DNA of 63,929 nucleotides, counting the filler, from Circinaria calcarea (taxonomy: Eukaryota), in assembly GCA_051942165.1 (NCBI GenBank). It is 27 parts of 27 records of this genome, joined end to end, with 100 filler letters (N's around TTAATTAATTAA, not from the genome) between each part and the next. Parts side by side here need not be neighbours in the genome. Positions count along the whole stretch, not along the records: positions 61,675 to 63,929 come from JAVECS010003727.1; 26 more parts are not named here. One strand, 5' to 3'. The position numbers and the translations under genes were made by a program. The notes below the pieces were generated by a model. It was not told where the DNA came from and did not search any database. It saw only the letters and a program-made list of their open reading frames with translations. This document shows, piece after piece, positions 62,524-63,929 of the stretch. Position 1 is the first letter of the stretch; every line of letters begins with the position of its first letter.

Positions 62524-63929
62524 CTATTGCCTCGTCTCGAAAGACTCCAGATCCGATCTCACTCGGATACCGTTGCGCGGTACCCTCGACGATCCTCCAT
62601 CGCTGTCATATTCTAGCACTGCGGCGTTCCCATGGACTTGGTTGACAACCACTTGCGAATCCTGCCTCCCAAGCTCTACCCAACTTGAGTCGGGCTGCAC
62701 TCGGAGTGAATGCGAGTCTAATTTCATCGACGATAAGCGGCCTCTATACGTTCGGTTTCCGCTGGTATCGCTACTGCCATTTGAATTTTTGGCACTGAGA
62801 ATATTCCCGGTGACACGAACATAGATGCTAGTGAATAGGGGCCGCATGACGGGGAGGCAAGCGCAGATTATGCCGAGACATGGTTCAACCAAAGCGAGCA
62901 AGATGCCATCTGCTGTCGTCCCTGTATACCAGTCAGTCGGGTACCAAAATAATAATGAGGAAACCTACAAGTATAGTCAACATGAGTGAGATCGATAAGA
63001 GAGGTCAGGTATGTACGGACTACACTCGATACGACGTCACTTTTCCCCATTGATCAGCCATGAGCAATGCCAAATGTGGGGTAAGAGCGCTGGCTTGGTG
63101 TTCCTTCCGGACTCTCACTGAGACTTACCCGCAGCCAATGACGAAGATTAAGCTTACACCAGCTTTGCGTTGCCATGGCAGATGGAGGGACCATACCATA
63201 GGCATGGGTAAGATGAGAACAGCTGCGTTTATCGTGGTATTAATAGTAGCAAGAGCGGTGAGGGCGGACGAAAAATTGATGCAATTTCCAATAATGGGGT
63301 TCCATGCAGAGGTCACGGGTACGCACTGGAACACTGTCGTGAAAAACCCGGATATTGCCCAGCCGACGAGGACAGTGCAGACAGTGTAAAGGGCATATTT
63401 AAAGTGGACATTGCGGGTCGAGAAGATGCGACGGTACAAAAGGAGAATGGAAATCTTGGTCGTGGCGGTGCAGACAGGGTAAATGGCCTCGAGCACGTAT
63501 GCCGCTCTACCAAACCTCACGGCACCCAGTATGCCAGTTCTTATGATATGTCTTCCCAAGCCATAGTGAATACCTTTGGAAGAGTGTCAGCTCCATACTT
63601 GGGCTTATTGGCGTTGGAAGATGGCTTACAAAAGATAAAAGCCACAAACATGCCCCATGCAAACAACTAGGACGACGTCAGCCTAACGGTCGGGCTTAGT
63701 ATCGTAAGTCCATTCTGACCAAAGCCAGGACAATCGAATAATCATCGGCGCCATACATCCTCATTCTAGACTCCTTTCCCTTTATCCTCCGAGAGAGCAT
63801 TCGGAGGACAACAGCGATGGTTGCTAGAATGATAAGACATATGCTTGATCCCTTCAGCGCTGGTGTCTTGTCCTGCTTGTAGTTTGCCAGTTGATATGCG
63901 ATTTCTTCTGGGCTGATATTAACGGAAGG
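62524..63929 (-). CDS. PTH11-like (rhodopsin-domain) integral membrane protein, multi-exon, 5'-truncated
   Basis: DDYSIVLA, GLGRH, TKISILLLYRRIF, FQCVPVTSAWNP, LILPMPMVWSLHL..RK and VEPCLGIICACLP. Confidence 0.9.

Overview
This window is not one locus. It is 27 separate ~2.25-2.28 kb contigs from an intron-rich filamentous ascomycete (Pezizomycotina-type genes), sorted by decreasing length and joined by identical artificial 100-nt linkers (N44-TTAATTAATTAA-N44). Gene neighbourhoods therefore mean something only within a contig. Housekeeping genes, mostly truncated, include ZNF207/BuGZ-like, catalase, PAN1, AsnRS, LysRS, an E2 enzyme, ATG5, an ACBP-domain protein and a Tda10-like kinase. Secondary-metabolism or accessory genes include a P450, O-methyltransferase, trans-enoyl reductase, ABCC transporter, UstYa/DUF3328-like, PsiD-like, LysM, DUF2235 and PTH11-like genes. 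There are also pseudogenes, RIP-like repeats, a MITE and an intact LINE ORF1. The main non-obvious signal is an ORF-free, heavily base-paired + strand region divergent from ATG5 (~39300-40310). It has a 1.5-repeat telomere template (ACCCUAACC) directly after a boundary hairpin and a vertebrate-like pseudoknot 5' half, making it a strong candidate for the 5' part of the telomerase RNA gene. Other notable points are a UstYa-like gene broken by one in-frame TAG beside an ABC transporter, a GC-AG intron in catalase, apparent alternative first exons in an uncharacterised gene, and a GGAGCA-hairpin repeat family. All calls were made by eye; no searches or folding programs were run.
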